Part shown: piece after piece, positions 1-9,078 of the stretch
How the letters are laid out: every line of letters begins with the position of its first letter
Position numbering within the stretch: the first letter of the stretch is position 1
NCBI GenBank assembly: GCA_963675665.1
Contig: OY776510.1
Span: forward strand, 2,464,001-2,528,000
Source: Spirochaetia bacterium
GTDB taxonomy: Bacteria; Spirochaetota; Spirochaetia; UBA9216
Reading direction: 5' to 3'
DNA: 64,000 bases
Notes under the pieces: model-generated
Seen by the model: the letters and a program-made list of their open reading frames with translations, nothing else
Database searches by the model: none
Told to the model about the DNA's origin: nothing
Program-made: the position numbers and the translations under genes

Positions 1-1
1 A

Positions 2-493
2 GAAATTTTTATCACTGCTGAAAACAGGGTTCAATCCATGGCTTTGATACACGAACAGCTATATAAAAATGATACATTCGGAGATATCAACCTGCAGGAC
101 TATTTTAAGGATCTGATAAACAATTTGGTACAGAGTTATAAACTTGCATGTGTGCTGGATCTTAAAATGAATATTCAGAAGCTGAGTCTTGACCTGGACA
201 AGCTGATACCTATAGGAATTATTACCAATGAAATAATCTCCAACTCGATGAAGCATGCATTCAATTGCGAAAAGAAGCCCGCGCTTGAAATTCAACTGAA
301 AGCTCTGGAACATTCGAGATGTATTCTTGAAATAACAGACAACGGGCCCGGTTTTCCGCTGGAAATTTTAACGGATAAAAAAGACTCTATCGGAATAATT
401 ATTATTAAATCCCTGGTTGAACAGCTGAACGGCAAGATAGAATTATCAACTGTAGAAGGGGTTAATTATAAAATTTCTTTTCCAATGCATTAA
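2..493 (+). CDS. Sensor histidine kinase (HisKA_2/HWE-like + HATPase_c), 5'-truncated by the window
   Basis: Frame is open from base 2 (EIFITAENRVQSMALIHEQLY); N-box NEIISNSMKHAF, G1 DNGPG, G2 SIGIII. Confidence 0.9.
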   Translation, partial: EIFITAENRVQSMALIHEQLYKNDTFGDINLQDYFKDLINNLVQSYKLACVLDLKMNIQKLSLDLDKLIPIGIITNEIISNSMKHAFNCEKKPALEIQLKALEHSRCILEITDNGPGFPLEILTDKKDSIGIIIIKSLVEQLNGKIELSTVEGVNYKISFPMH

Positions 494-565
494 CCGGTAT
501 TTCAGGAACACAGAAGGACGGCGCCTCTTGATTATTTTGTATACGATTTATAAAATGTCTTTAAA

Positions 566-1711
566 TTGAAAAATAATCAGCTATTATCATTTTTATCTTT
601 TCTTCGTTCCCCGAAAATAAACGATGACATCAAATTGGATTATCTATTTTATAAATTCAATACAAATAATTTCAGGATAATCATTCTCGCAAGTGTTCTT
701 TTTTTTGAACAGCTGCTGCTTGGAATTCTTGTTGCCGGAAAAGAATCAGTATTAAGGTATGTTTATTTTATTTCAGCTATAATAATGTTGCTCTATATTA
801 TGGCGGGAATATTTTTCTACAATAAAAGACCGGGAAAAATAAGGGGGCATCACCAGATTTATGAAATAAGTTTCGCATTTATCGGAATATATATTGCTGT
901 TTTTCGGATTCTGGTGGTAGAAAACGGAAATCCTGGAGTGCCTGCTGTTTATATGGCCGTACTTTACGGAGTTGCCGTTATTTTTGTTTTCAATCTATGG
1001 CAGGGTGTTGTATTATATGGATCTGTTACTATTGCAGCTGTAATTCTAATGCCTTACTTTAATTCCGGAATTACTGTTTCAAATTACAGATCTGATATTA
1101 TTACTAACGGAATAATTGCCTGGGTTGTTTTGTTTATAAATTATCGCAGATTCCAGAATGCTTTTATTGATAAGAAACATATTGAAGAAATTAATCTCGA
1201 ATTGCATGAAAAATCAATTCGGGACGGACTGACCGGACTATATAACAGGCGTAAGCTGGACGAAGTATTTCAGGAAGTGTGTCTTAAAGCTGAACGGTAT
1301 AAAAATGATTTTGCGGTAATAATGATGGATATAGATCATTTCAAGGATATAAACGATCGGTTTGGTCATAGTTTCGGTGATGTGGTTCTGACAAAAATCG
1401 CCAGAATTCTTGAGAACAATATACGGGAAGTAGATGTTTGTGGCAGGTGGGGCGGTGAAGAATTTCAGATCATCTGCCATGAAACTGAAATGGAAGCAGC
1501 AGGACAACTGGCTGAACGGCTTCGGCTGATGATAGAAGAACAGTTGTTTCGGGACGGAATTCATATCACTGCCAGTTTCGGGGTATCGTCATGGAGCGAA
1601 TGCGGTAATGATTCGGAAAAACTGATCGAAACGGCTGATTCAAGACTTTATCAGGCCAAGGCTGACGGCCGGAACCGGGTTAATGCCGGCCAATGGATGA
1701 AATCAACCTGA
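566..1711 (+). CDS. Membrane-bound diguanylate cyclase (GGDEF)
   Basis: About 6 hydrophobic segments, then DGLTGLYNRR, DIDHFKDINDRFGH, I-site REVD five residues before GGEEF. Confidence 0.93.
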   Translation: MKNNQLLSFLSFLRSPKINDDIKLDYLFYKFNTNNFRIIILASVLFFEQLLLGILVAGKESVLRYVYFISAIIMLLYIMAGIFFYNKRPGKIRGHHQIYEISFAFIGIYIAVFRILVVENGNPGVPAVYMAVLYGVAVIFVFNLWQGVVLYGSVTIAAVILMPYFNSGITVSNYRSDIITNGIIAWVVLFINYRRFQNAFIDKKHIEEINLELHEKSIRDGLTGLYNRRKLDEVFQEVCLKAERYKNDFAVIMMDIDHFKDINDRFGHSFGDVVLTKIARILENNIREVDVCGRWGGEEFQIICHETEMEAAGQLAERLRLMIEEQLFRDGIHITASFGVSSWSECGNDSEKLIETADSRLYQAKADGRNRVNAGQWMKST

Positions 1712-1746
1712 TCTTGCAGATGTAAGAAACAGAATATGGAGAAATC

Positions 1747-3033
1747 ATGAGGAAAAACGTTATTGTTGCCCAGTCCGGCGGGCCTTCGCCTGTAATAAAT
1801 GCGTCTCTTTTGGGAGTGATAGAAGAATGCCGGAACAGACCCGATGTCTTCGGTAAAATCTATGCTGCATGGCACGGAGTTGAAGGCATACTGAAAGAAG
1901 AGCTTATCGATATAGATAAAGAGGATGATGCCGAGATTGAATTGCTGCAATATACGCCTGCAAGCGGGGCGATAGGCACCTGCCGATATAAACTGAAAGA
2001 GAACAATGCGGAGGATTTTGAACGCATTATTGAAGTATTCAAAGCCCAGAACGTAGGCTGGTTTTTTTATATCGGCGGAAATGACTCCATGGATACTGCA
2101 ATGAAAGTTTCAGCGCTTGCCGAAAAGCATGGAATTGAACTGGTTGCGGCCGGTGTTCCTAAAACAATCGACAACGATATAGGAGATGAGCAGTTTACAA
2201 TTATTGATCATACTCCGGGTTACGGCAGTGCGGCACGTTACTGGTCTCATATTATTCAGCAGACGGAAGAAGAGAACCGGGCCATAGGGGTTTCGGAGCC
2301 AGTTGCCGTTCTTCAGGCAATGGGAAGAACCAGCGGGTATATTCCGGCTGCCGCCCGCCTTGCAGATCCAAAGCGGGAAATGCCGCTTCAGCTTTACCTT
2401 GCTGAAGCTGATCATAATCTTGAATCGTTGACTGAGAACGTCAACCGTTTACTGAAAGAGCGGGGCCGCTGTATTGTTGTTGCGAGCGAAGGGTTTAATG
2501 CCGGCAGTCTCGGCGAAGCCCGGGACGGGTTTGGTCATATTGAATACGGTGCAAGCCGAACAACAGTTGCGCAGAAGATTGTGAACCACCTCAATGAAGC
2601 CGGGCTTAACGCACACGGACAGGCTACAGGACAGGTTCCGGGAATCCTTCAGCGCAGTACAAGCCTTTTTGCTTCAACAGTTGATATAGAAGAGGCGCGG
2701 TTTGTCGGCCGAAAGGCGGTAGATATTGCCGTAAAAGACGGTTCAGGATGGATGGCGACCATACTTCGCGACAGAAGCAAAACAGAATACAGCATCTATT
2801 ACGATAAAGTTAAACTGGAAAAGGCGGCAAATGTAGCGCGGCAGCTTCCTGCCGGCTGGATAACTGCGGACGGGCTTGATGTGACTGATGATTTTATCGA
2901 TTATGCGCTGCCGCTTATAGGAAACGGACCTCCTCCGGTTCCGTTTGAAAACGGTCTGATGCGTTTTGCCAGGTTTAAAAGAATTTTCATTGAAAAGAAA
3001 GCCTCGTCGTACGTTCCTGTTAATCTGCGCTAA
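1747..3033 (+). CDS. pfp: Phosphofructokinase family, likely PPi-dependent (diphosphate--fructose-6-phosphate 1-phosphotransferase)
   Basis: AQSGGPSPVINAS, GGNDSMD (Asp typical of PPi specificity), PKTIDND, MGR motifs. Confidence 0.85.
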   Translation: MRKNVIVAQSGGPSPVINASLLGVIEECRNRPDVFGKIYAAWHGVEGILKEELIDIDKEDDAEIELLQYTPASGAIGTCRYKLKENNAEDFERIIEVFKAQNVGWFFYIGGNDSMDTAMKVSALAEKHGIELVAAGVPKTIDNDIGDEQFTIIDHTPGYGSAARYWSHIIQQTEEENRAIGVSEPVAVLQAMGRTSGYIPAAARLADPKREMPLQLYLAEADHNLESLTENVNRLLKERGRCIVVASEGFNAGSLGEARDGFGHIEYGASRTTVAQKIVNHLNEAGLNAHGQATGQVPGILQRSTSLFASTVDIEEARFVGRKAVDIAVKDGSGWMATILRDRSKTEYSIYYDKVKLEKAANVARQLPAGWITADGLDVTDDFIDYALPLIGNGPPPVPFENGLMRFARFKRIFIEKKASSYVPVNLR

Positions 3034-3737
3034 TCGGATGTAATTGTAAAAAGAAGCCGGTTTCCGTCTTTGCCGTAGTTTTCAATCAGATCAAGTTTGC
3101 GAAGAAGGTATGTGATTTGTCCCGCAAGTTTCATTTGCCCGCGGCGGCCGGTGCCGAGAGGAGGAAGTTTTTCAGCCACCTCGCGGTTTCCGAAAGGGAA
3201 GGAAAGTCCGGAAGGCAGCAGCTTAAGGTAATCTGTTTTTTCATAAAATTGTTTACAGTCGATTACTTCCGTCAGAAGCCGGTCTTCAATTGATATTCCT
3301 CCGCGCCGCCATGAACCTTTTCCGTTGTCGCACCTGATTTCTTCCTGTTTTACAAGCAGGATTTCAACTGTAAGGTTGATATTGTCAAGGATGTCAGGAA
3401 TGTACAGGAGCTCCGAAGCTGCTGTGCATGTTGTTGCGCGTTTAGGCGAACGGCGACGTGATCGAAGACTTCCGTCGTTGTTATAAACCGAGATTATTGT
3501 TTCGGCAGCAAGCGGATAAACAAGACGAACCGGGTGCTTCTGCAGCAGCACTTTCAGTTTTTTCCTTATTCCCGAGAAATTTCCGGTTTGAATCTCTATG
3601 AGTTCTTCAGGATTTACGACATCAACGACATAGCCGGACACCGATTGTTCGGTAACTGATTTTACCGATGAATACCTCTCTTTCAGCTGCCGGTGAAGGC
3701 TTTTTTCGTTTAATCCGCCTATTATCGAAGAACTCAT
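3030..3737 (-). CDS. Conserved hypothetical protein, possible PD-(D/E)XK-like nuclease fold
   Basis: EKSLH..LK, VDV...IEIQT spacing, basic RRRSPKR segment, short C-terminal wHTH-like region. Confidence 0.55.
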   Translation of the reverse strand: MSSSIIGGLNEKSLHRQLKERYSSVKSVTEQSVSGYVVDVVNPEELIEIQTGNFSGIRKKLKVLLQKHPVRLVYPLAAETIISVYNNDGSLRSRRRSPKRATTCTAASELLYIPDILDNINLTVEILLVKQEEIRCDNGKGSWRRGGISIEDRLLTEVIDCKQFYEKTDYLKLLPSGLSFPFGNREVAEKLPPLGTGRRGQMKLAGQITYLLRKLDLIENYGKDGNRLLFTITSD

Positions 3738-3743
3738 ATTTTA

Positions 3744-4547
3744 TTATCGGTTCCTTCGTCTTAAAGAGATTTCCCGGTATTCGGCACAAATTTCAAATCC
3801 GACCTTCCTGTAACAGGCAACCGCGGAGAGGTTTTCCTTTTTTACATTCAGCCCGACACGCAGCCCTTCCGAGACTAATGCCCTGCACAGGGCCGCTGTC
3901 ACTTTTGTGCCGTAACCTTTCCCCCTGTAATCAGGATGGGTTGTGATGTTCCCTGCAGCTGAAGCTGCGTATTCAGGTGAAAACACGTGCGTGCCTGCAA
4001 TGCTGATAAGCCGGCCGTTTACGCTGATTCCGTAGTATCGGTTTAGTTCAAGCATATCAGGATCAAACCAGTTGCCCGGATAACTTTCGCGGTACAGTTC
4101 AAGCATCTGTGGGATATTTTCACGGCCGAGACGGACGGCATTACCGGTGTCCGGTGATTCAGGCCCGGGGAACTGTTTTAACGCCATTTTATAGTGAGGA
4201 ACCGACGATTTAAAATCATGAGTATCTGCGAACAGTTCTTCAAGTCCGGGACTCAGATGCGCAACAAAGCATTCGGGCAACAGAGCTGAAGTGCCTGATA
4301 TTAATTCTTTCATATACGCGAATTCGGTTTCGGTATTGCCTGTTAACGCCATGACGGCCGGAAGCCCGCCTCCCCGGTAAATACAGATTATTGCGGAAAG
4401 ATTTCCTCCTGCAGTCGTCAATCCATGCCATGTTATAAATGGCTTGAAACGTTCGTCGAGATCGCCTATCGAATAAATATGAAGGTAAGGCTGTTCTTCT
4501 AGCAGCTGAAGAATTTCAGAAGTATCTGTAGGGGTAACGATCGGCAC
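3744..4547 (-). CDS. GNAT family N-acetyltransferase (FR47-like)
   Basis: GNITTHPDYRGKGYG acetyl-CoA motif; NLSAVACYRKVGF. Confidence 0.88.
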   Translation of the reverse strand: MPIVTPTDTSEILQLLEEQPYLHIYSIGDLDERFKPFITWHGLTTAGGNLSAIICIYRGGGLPAVMALTGNTETEFAYMKELISGTSALLPECFVAHLSPGLEELFADTHDFKSSVPHYKMALKQFPGPESPDTGNAVRLGRENIPQMLELYRESYPGNWFDPDMLELNRYYGISVNGRLISIAGTHVFSPEYAASAAGNITTHPDYRGKGYGTKVTAALCRALVSEGLRVGLNVKKENLSAVACYRKVGFEICAEYREISLRRRNR

Positions 4548-4564
4548 GGCTCGGCGCTCCCGTA

Positions 4565-5308
4565 TTAAAGCCTTCCGGCTTCGATTATTCTCTGTAGAAA
4601 TTGCCGCGTTCGGGGGTTTTCAGGCGATGAAAAAAGCTGCTCCGGCGGAGCTTCTTCAAGAATCCTGCCGCCGTCGAGAAAACAGACGCGATCGGCAACA
4701 TCACGGGCAAAACCCATCTCGTGGGTTACAATCAGCATGGTCATCCCCTGGTCTCTGAGACTTTTTATTACGGAAAGTACATCGCCAATAAGCTCGGGAT
4801 CGAGCGCGGCAGTTACCTCGTCGAGCAATAGCAGTTCGGGTTTTGTAGCCATGGCCCTGACAATAGCAACGCGCTGCTGCTGCCCTCCCGAAAGCTGTTC
4901 GGGGTATGATGTTGCAAACGTTTCAAGTCCGAACAAACCGAGAAGTTCAAGCGCGTAAGCCTCGCTTTCATTTTTTGAGATCCCGTGGACTTTTCGGGGA
5001 GCAAGGGTAATGTTGTCGAGCACCGTCATTGTAGGAAACAGGTTGTATGCCTGGAACACAATGCCGATCCTTTTGTACAGCTCTATTGAAGGCAGCGCCG
5101 GGTCGTGAATCGATACGCCGTCGATTTTTATTTCGCCGCTGTCGAAATCAACAAGATCATTAACACACCGTAGAAGCGTAGATTTTCCCGAACCCGAAGC
5201 ACCTATAAGACATACAACTTCGTGTTCCTTTACTTTGAGGTCCACGTCGTCAAGGACAAGTTTTTCTCCATAATATTTTGTCAGATTTTTTATTTCTATA
5301 CGGTACAT
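4565..5308 (-). CDS. Polar amino-acid ABC transporter ATP-binding protein
   Basis: GASGSGKS, LSGGQQQRVAI, LLLLDEVTAALDPEL, VTHEMGFA. Confidence 0.95.
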   Translation of the reverse strand: MYRIEIKNLTKYYGEKLVLDDVDLKVKEHEVVCLIGASGSGKSTLLRCVNDLVDFDSGEIKIDGVSIHDPALPSIELYKRIGIVFQAYNLFPTMTVLDNITLAPRKVHGISKNESEAYALELLGLFGLETFATSYPEQLSGGQQQRVAIVRAMATKPELLLLDEVTAALDPELIGDVLSVIKSLRDQGMTMLIVTHEMGFARDVADRVCFLDGGRILEEAPPEQLFSSPENPRTRQFLQRIIEAGRL

Positions 5309-6157
5309 CTATGTTGTCCTTTGCAAACGCCTTTCACGGTCTTTTGTCGTTACGTAATCGGTAAGCCTTGCCATTGGAATTGTTGCCGCAAGAAAAAGCA
5401 GCGCGGCGGCGATCAGGGTTGAATAGTTAAAGGTTCTTGCGGTGTATATCTGTGCTTCGCGCACGGCGTCCCGAATTCCCAGAACCGAAAGCAGCGCAAC
5501 GTCTTTCTGAAGCGCAACTGCAAGGTTCAGCAGCGACGGTATGACGTTTCTGATTGCCTGCGGCAGGATTGCATAACGCAGGGTCTGGCCCTGGTTGAGG
5601 CCCAGGGCTTTGGCTGCCGCGCGCTGACCGTCATGGACCGAATCCATTCCCGACCGGTATACTTCAGCGGCATAGGCTGAATAGCTTGAAATCATTGCAA
5701 GCGCTCCCCAGAACAAACTGCTTCTCGGCAGCCCCGGGATATTCAGCGCCGGCATGCCGAAACCGAAAAGAAGTACAAGCAGCAGTGAAGGAAGGCCGCG
5801 CAGAAGGTCTATATAAACTATTGAAAAAACCCTCAGCGGAGCGAACCATGGACCGTGAAGCGAACGGAATATCGCAAGCACAAGCGCCCAGACAGCAATG
5901 ACTACAAGGGCCACAGCCCAGACAGCCATATTTATGCCGAAACCGTGAAGTACCTTCGGAAAGACGTCGATAATTACATCCAGATTAAAAAATTGCGCTT
6001 TTATACGGGGCCATTGTTCAGCGCGGATTATAATTGATCTTAAAATAAAAAAAGCCGCCAGAACGGTAGCTGTACTTATAAGATGGGGAAGAATCCTTTC
6101 GCGCATTGGAAGGTTATGCCCCCTCCGCCTTTGCGGACGGGGACTTTTTAAACTCAC
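5309..6157 (-). CDS. Polar amino-acid ABC transporter permease
   Basis: YIDLLRGLP, SAYAAEVYRSG, GQRAAAKALGL EAA-like loop, ILPQAIR. Confidence 0.93.
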   Translation of the reverse strand: MSLKSPRPQRRRGHNLPMRERILPHLISTATVLAAFFILRSIIIRAEQWPRIKAQFFNLDVIIDVFPKVLHGFGINMAVWAVALVVIAVWALVLAIFRSLHGPWFAPLRVFSIVYIDLLRGLPSLLLVLLFGFGMPALNIPGLPRSSLFWGALAMISSYSAYAAEVYRSGMDSVHDGQRAAAKALGLNQGQTLRYAILPQAIRNVIPSLLNLAVALQKDVALLSVLGIRDAVREAQIYTARTFNYSTLIAAALLFLAATIPMARLTDYVTTKDRERRLQRTT

Positions 6158-7038
6158 TCCGAAATCTCCGGGATGGATTCATCGCCTATAAGATACTCGG
6201 ATGTCAGGTCGGCAACTACGCCTTTCGCAATTATTGCTTTAAGACCTTCGTTAATCCATTCTGCAAGCGGATTGCCTTTTTCAAAAATCAGTCCGTGCCC
6301 AAGGTCCTTGGGATCATGGGGCAGAATGGCCGCTACGGTTGCCTCGGGGACCTGAACGGCTGTTACAAAAAGGGCTGTAGGAAGCTCGATACAGGTCACA
6401 TCAATCTGACCGCCGAGTAATGCCTGAAAGGTGCCTATCTGATCGTTGAATACTGCAACATCGTCAACACCTATCATGTTTTCGATATAATCCAGGTCGG
6501 CTGTCCCGATGGTTGCTCCCCATTTCAGGCCCTGCAGATCCTTGAAGCTTTTGGCATTGGACGCGCCGCTTCCGGGAAGGGCTACAACTGCCTTTTCCGG
6601 TTTGTAATAAACCATGGAAAAGTCCACGAATTCCTTACGTTCCTCGGTAACGGTATACTGCTGAATATTGAAATCATAAGGTTTTGCTCCCGGAGCAATG
6701 CCCTGATCGAAGGTCTGTCTTACCCATACAACGTCTTCACTCGCAAAACCAAGCTCTTCTGCGAGTGCATAAACAAGACCGTTCTCGAATCCGATACCTG
6801 CCGCCGGATCATCATCCATCATCCACGGCGGATAAGCGGGATCTCCGGTTGCAACGGTGAGCTTGCCGGGTGTATAAAGCCTCGGATCGTTCGGTGTTTT
6901 TTCAAGTGATACTGTTTTTTCTTCTACAGATGGGGTTTCTGCAGGCGCTTTTTTCTGACAACCGGTTAGAACAAACAATGTAAGAAGGCTTGCCGCAAGC
7001 AGAATTAAAAGAATGCGTCGAGTCATGTTTTCCTCCAT
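6154..7038 (-). CDS. Amino-acid ABC transporter substrate-binding lipoprotein (SBP family 3)
   Basis: Lipobox LTGC; GKLTVAT...YPPW; TVTEERKEFVDFSMVYY; overlaps the permease start. Confidence 0.9.
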   Translation of the reverse strand: MEENMTRRILLILLAASLLTLFVLTGCQKKAPAETPSVEEKTVSLEKTPNDPRLYTPGKLTVATGDPAYPPWMMDDDPAAGIGFENGLVYALAEELGFASEDVVWVRQTFDQGIAPGAKPYDFNIQQYTVTEERKEFVDFSMVYYKPEKAVVALPGSGASNAKSFKDLQGLKWGATIGTADLDYIENMIGVDDVAVFNDQIGTFQALLGGQIDVTCIELPTALFVTAVQVPEATVAAILPHDPKDLGHGLIFEKGNPLAEWINEGLKAIIAKGVVADLTSEYLIGDESIPEISE

Positions 7039-7251
7039 AGGACTTTTTTCACAGTTTGAATAAACTGTCTGTTAAAAACAGATTAGGGGCAAATTGCGAA
7101 TTGGTCAATGATTATACTTATCAAAAAATATAAACTCCGAATAAATTTATATAGCTGTTAAAATATAAAAAAAAATTAAATTATTGTTATAATCTCAATC
7201 CTGGCTTAAAATAAATGTTGGTGTAAAATATACTTAAAAAAGGAGAAAAAA

Positions 7252-8889
7252 ATGAAAAAAGCACTAAGTATCCTTATTGTGATGCTGCTTCTGGTTACAG
7301 TAGCCGGAAACGTTTTTGCCGGCGGTAAACAGGAAGAACCTGCAGCCGGCGCCGACGCTGCAGCCCCGGCCCCCGCCGCTGTGGAGAAAGATAAAAACGG
7401 AGGTGTTCTTGTTTTCGGAAGATCCGGCGATTCAGTAGGTCTCGACCCTGCACGGGAAACTGACGGAGAATCGTATTACGGCTGTACTCAGGTATATGAC
7501 AACCTGGTAGAATTCAAGGAAGGCACAACAGAGGTTCAGCCCGCATTGGCCAAAAGCTGGGATATTTCTGCCGACGGCCTCGAGGTAATGTTTCACCTCA
7601 GAAGCGGAGTTAAATTCCACGACGGCACAGCCTTCAATGCTGATGCAGTTGTCTTTTCACTGGGCAGACAACTTTATGAAGATCATCCTTATCATGATTA
7701 CGGCCCATGGAAATACTGGGGTTACATGGATATGAGCAACATTATTCAGGATATTATCGCTGTTGACGATATGACTGTAAAATTTGTTCTGAAAAAGAAA
7801 GAAGCTCCTTTCATTGCAAACCTGGCAATGGATTTTGCCGGTATTGTTTCTCCTGCGGCAGTTGAGAAATGGGGAGAAGATTTTCCGAACCATCCTGTAG
7901 GTACCGGACCGTTCAAGTTCGTATCCTGGAAGAAGGAAGATTCGATTGTATTTGAGAAAAATGCAGATTACTGGAGGCGCCCTGCCTATCTGGACAGAGT
8001 AATCCTTAAAGTCATACCTGATGCAACAGCCAGGTACCTTGCCCTGCAGAAGGGCGAAGTTGACCTTATCGACTTTCCGTCTCCTGAAGATCTTGCCGAC
8101 ATGAAGGCTAATGCAGATATCAAGGTTATTCAGCAGGAAGGTCTTAATGTCGGTTATCTTGCATTCAACTGTGACAGGGAACCTTTCGGAGACAAACGTG
8201 TAAGGCAGGCCCTGAATTATGCGGTTAACAAAGCCGAAATAATCACAGGCGTATACGGAACAGCCGGAACTCCTGCAAAAAACCCGCTTCCGCCGACAAT
8301 GTGGTCATACAATGATTCTATTGTTGACTATGAATATAATCCTGCGAAAGCAAAAGCCCTGCTTGCCGAAGCCGGTTACCCGGACGGTTTCTCCACAACC
8401 CTATGGGCAATGCCTGTAGCAAGACCTTATAATCCTAACGGAAGAAAAGTAGCCGAGATTATGCAGGCGCATCTTGCGGAAATCGGGGTAGAAGCTGAAA
8501 TAGTTTCATACGACTGGGGAACATACCTTGAGAAAACCGATCACGGCGAACATGATATGGCCCTGCTTGGCTGGACCGGCGATAATGGTGATCCCGACAA
8601 CTTCCTATGGGTTCTTCTTTCAATTCCTGCAGCCGAAGTTCCGGCAGGAAATATTTCATTCTGGAGAAACGAAGAATTCAATAGTCTTATTAAAGATGCA
8701 AAAGAAACAATGGATGTTGCAAAACGTGAAGATCTGTATAAAAAAGCACAGGTAATTTTTCATGAAGAAGCTCCCTGGCTTCCTGTTGCACATTCTGTTG
8801 TATCGGAACCCATGCTCAATCATGTAATGGACTTTAAGCTTTCTCCTGTAGGAAAGCGTCAGTTCTATAATGTCTGGCTTGACGACTAG
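7252..8889 (+). CDS. dppA: Dipeptide ABC transporter substrate-binding protein (SBP family 5)
   Basis: Signal ending VFA-GGKQE; LAKSWDIS, FHDGTAFNADAV, PVGTGPFKF, WAMPVARPYNPN, GWTGDNGDPDNF; SD AAAGGAG. Confidence 0.93.
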   Translation: MKKALSILIVMLLLVTVAGNVFAGGKQEEPAAGADAAAPAPAAVEKDKNGGVLVFGRSGDSVGLDPARETDGESYYGCTQVYDNLVEFKEGTTEVQPALAKSWDISADGLEVMFHLRSGVKFHDGTAFNADAVVFSLGRQLYEDHPYHDYGPWKYWGYMDMSNIIQDIIAVDDMTVKFVLKKKEAPFIANLAMDFAGIVSPAAVEKWGEDFPNHPVGTGPFKFVSWKKEDSIVFEKNADYWRRPAYLDRVILKVIPDATARYLALQKGEVDLIDFPSPEDLADMKANADIKVIQQEGLNVGYLAFNCDREPFGDKRVRQALNYAVNKAEIITGVYGTAGTPAKNPLPPTMWSYNDSIVDYEYNPAKAKALLAEAGYPDGFSTTLWAMPVARPYNPNGRKVAEIMQAHLAEIGVEAEIVSYDWGTYLEKTDHGEHDMALLGWTGDNGDPDNFLWVLLSIPAAEVPAGNISFWRNEEFNSLIKDAKETMDVAKREDLYKKAQVIFHEEAPWLPVAHSVVSEPMLNHVMDFKLSPVGKRQFYNVWLDD

Positions 8890-8922
8890 GGGATTCAACT
8901 TTATATTTGTATATCCAATCAG

Positions 8923-8948
8923 GGGCGGCTTCGGCCGCCCTGTAATTT
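8923..8948 (+). terminator. GC hairpin (GGGCGGC-TTCG-GCCGCCC) after dppA; terminator or mRNA-stabilising stem
   Basis: Perfect 7-bp stem with cUUCGg tetraloop; weak U-tract. Confidence 0.65.
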
Positions 8949-8964
8949 ATGGACATGTCTTGGA

Positions 8965-8998
8965 GTTTATTTATTTCCTTATCCGGAAATAAATAAAC
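8965..8998. repeat. Perfect 14-bp inverted repeat in the dppA-dppB spacer
   Basis: GTTTATTTATTTCC-ttatcc-GGAAATAAATAAAC. Confidence 0.8.
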
Positions 8999-9003
8999 AT
9001 CCG

Positions 9004-9065
9004 GTAAATCTAAGGTAAATCTCTAAAAACTGCAGTTGAAAACTGAAGTTTTTAGAGATTCCTTA
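9004..9065. repeat. Palindromic dispersed repeat, family A copy 1 (REP/MITE-like)
   Basis: TAAGG..AATCTCTAAAAACTGCAGTT-gaa-AACTGAAGTTTTTAGAGATT-CCTTA; similar copy at 59265-59325. Confidence 0.75.
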
Positions 9066-9078
9066 TTAAGGTACACTA

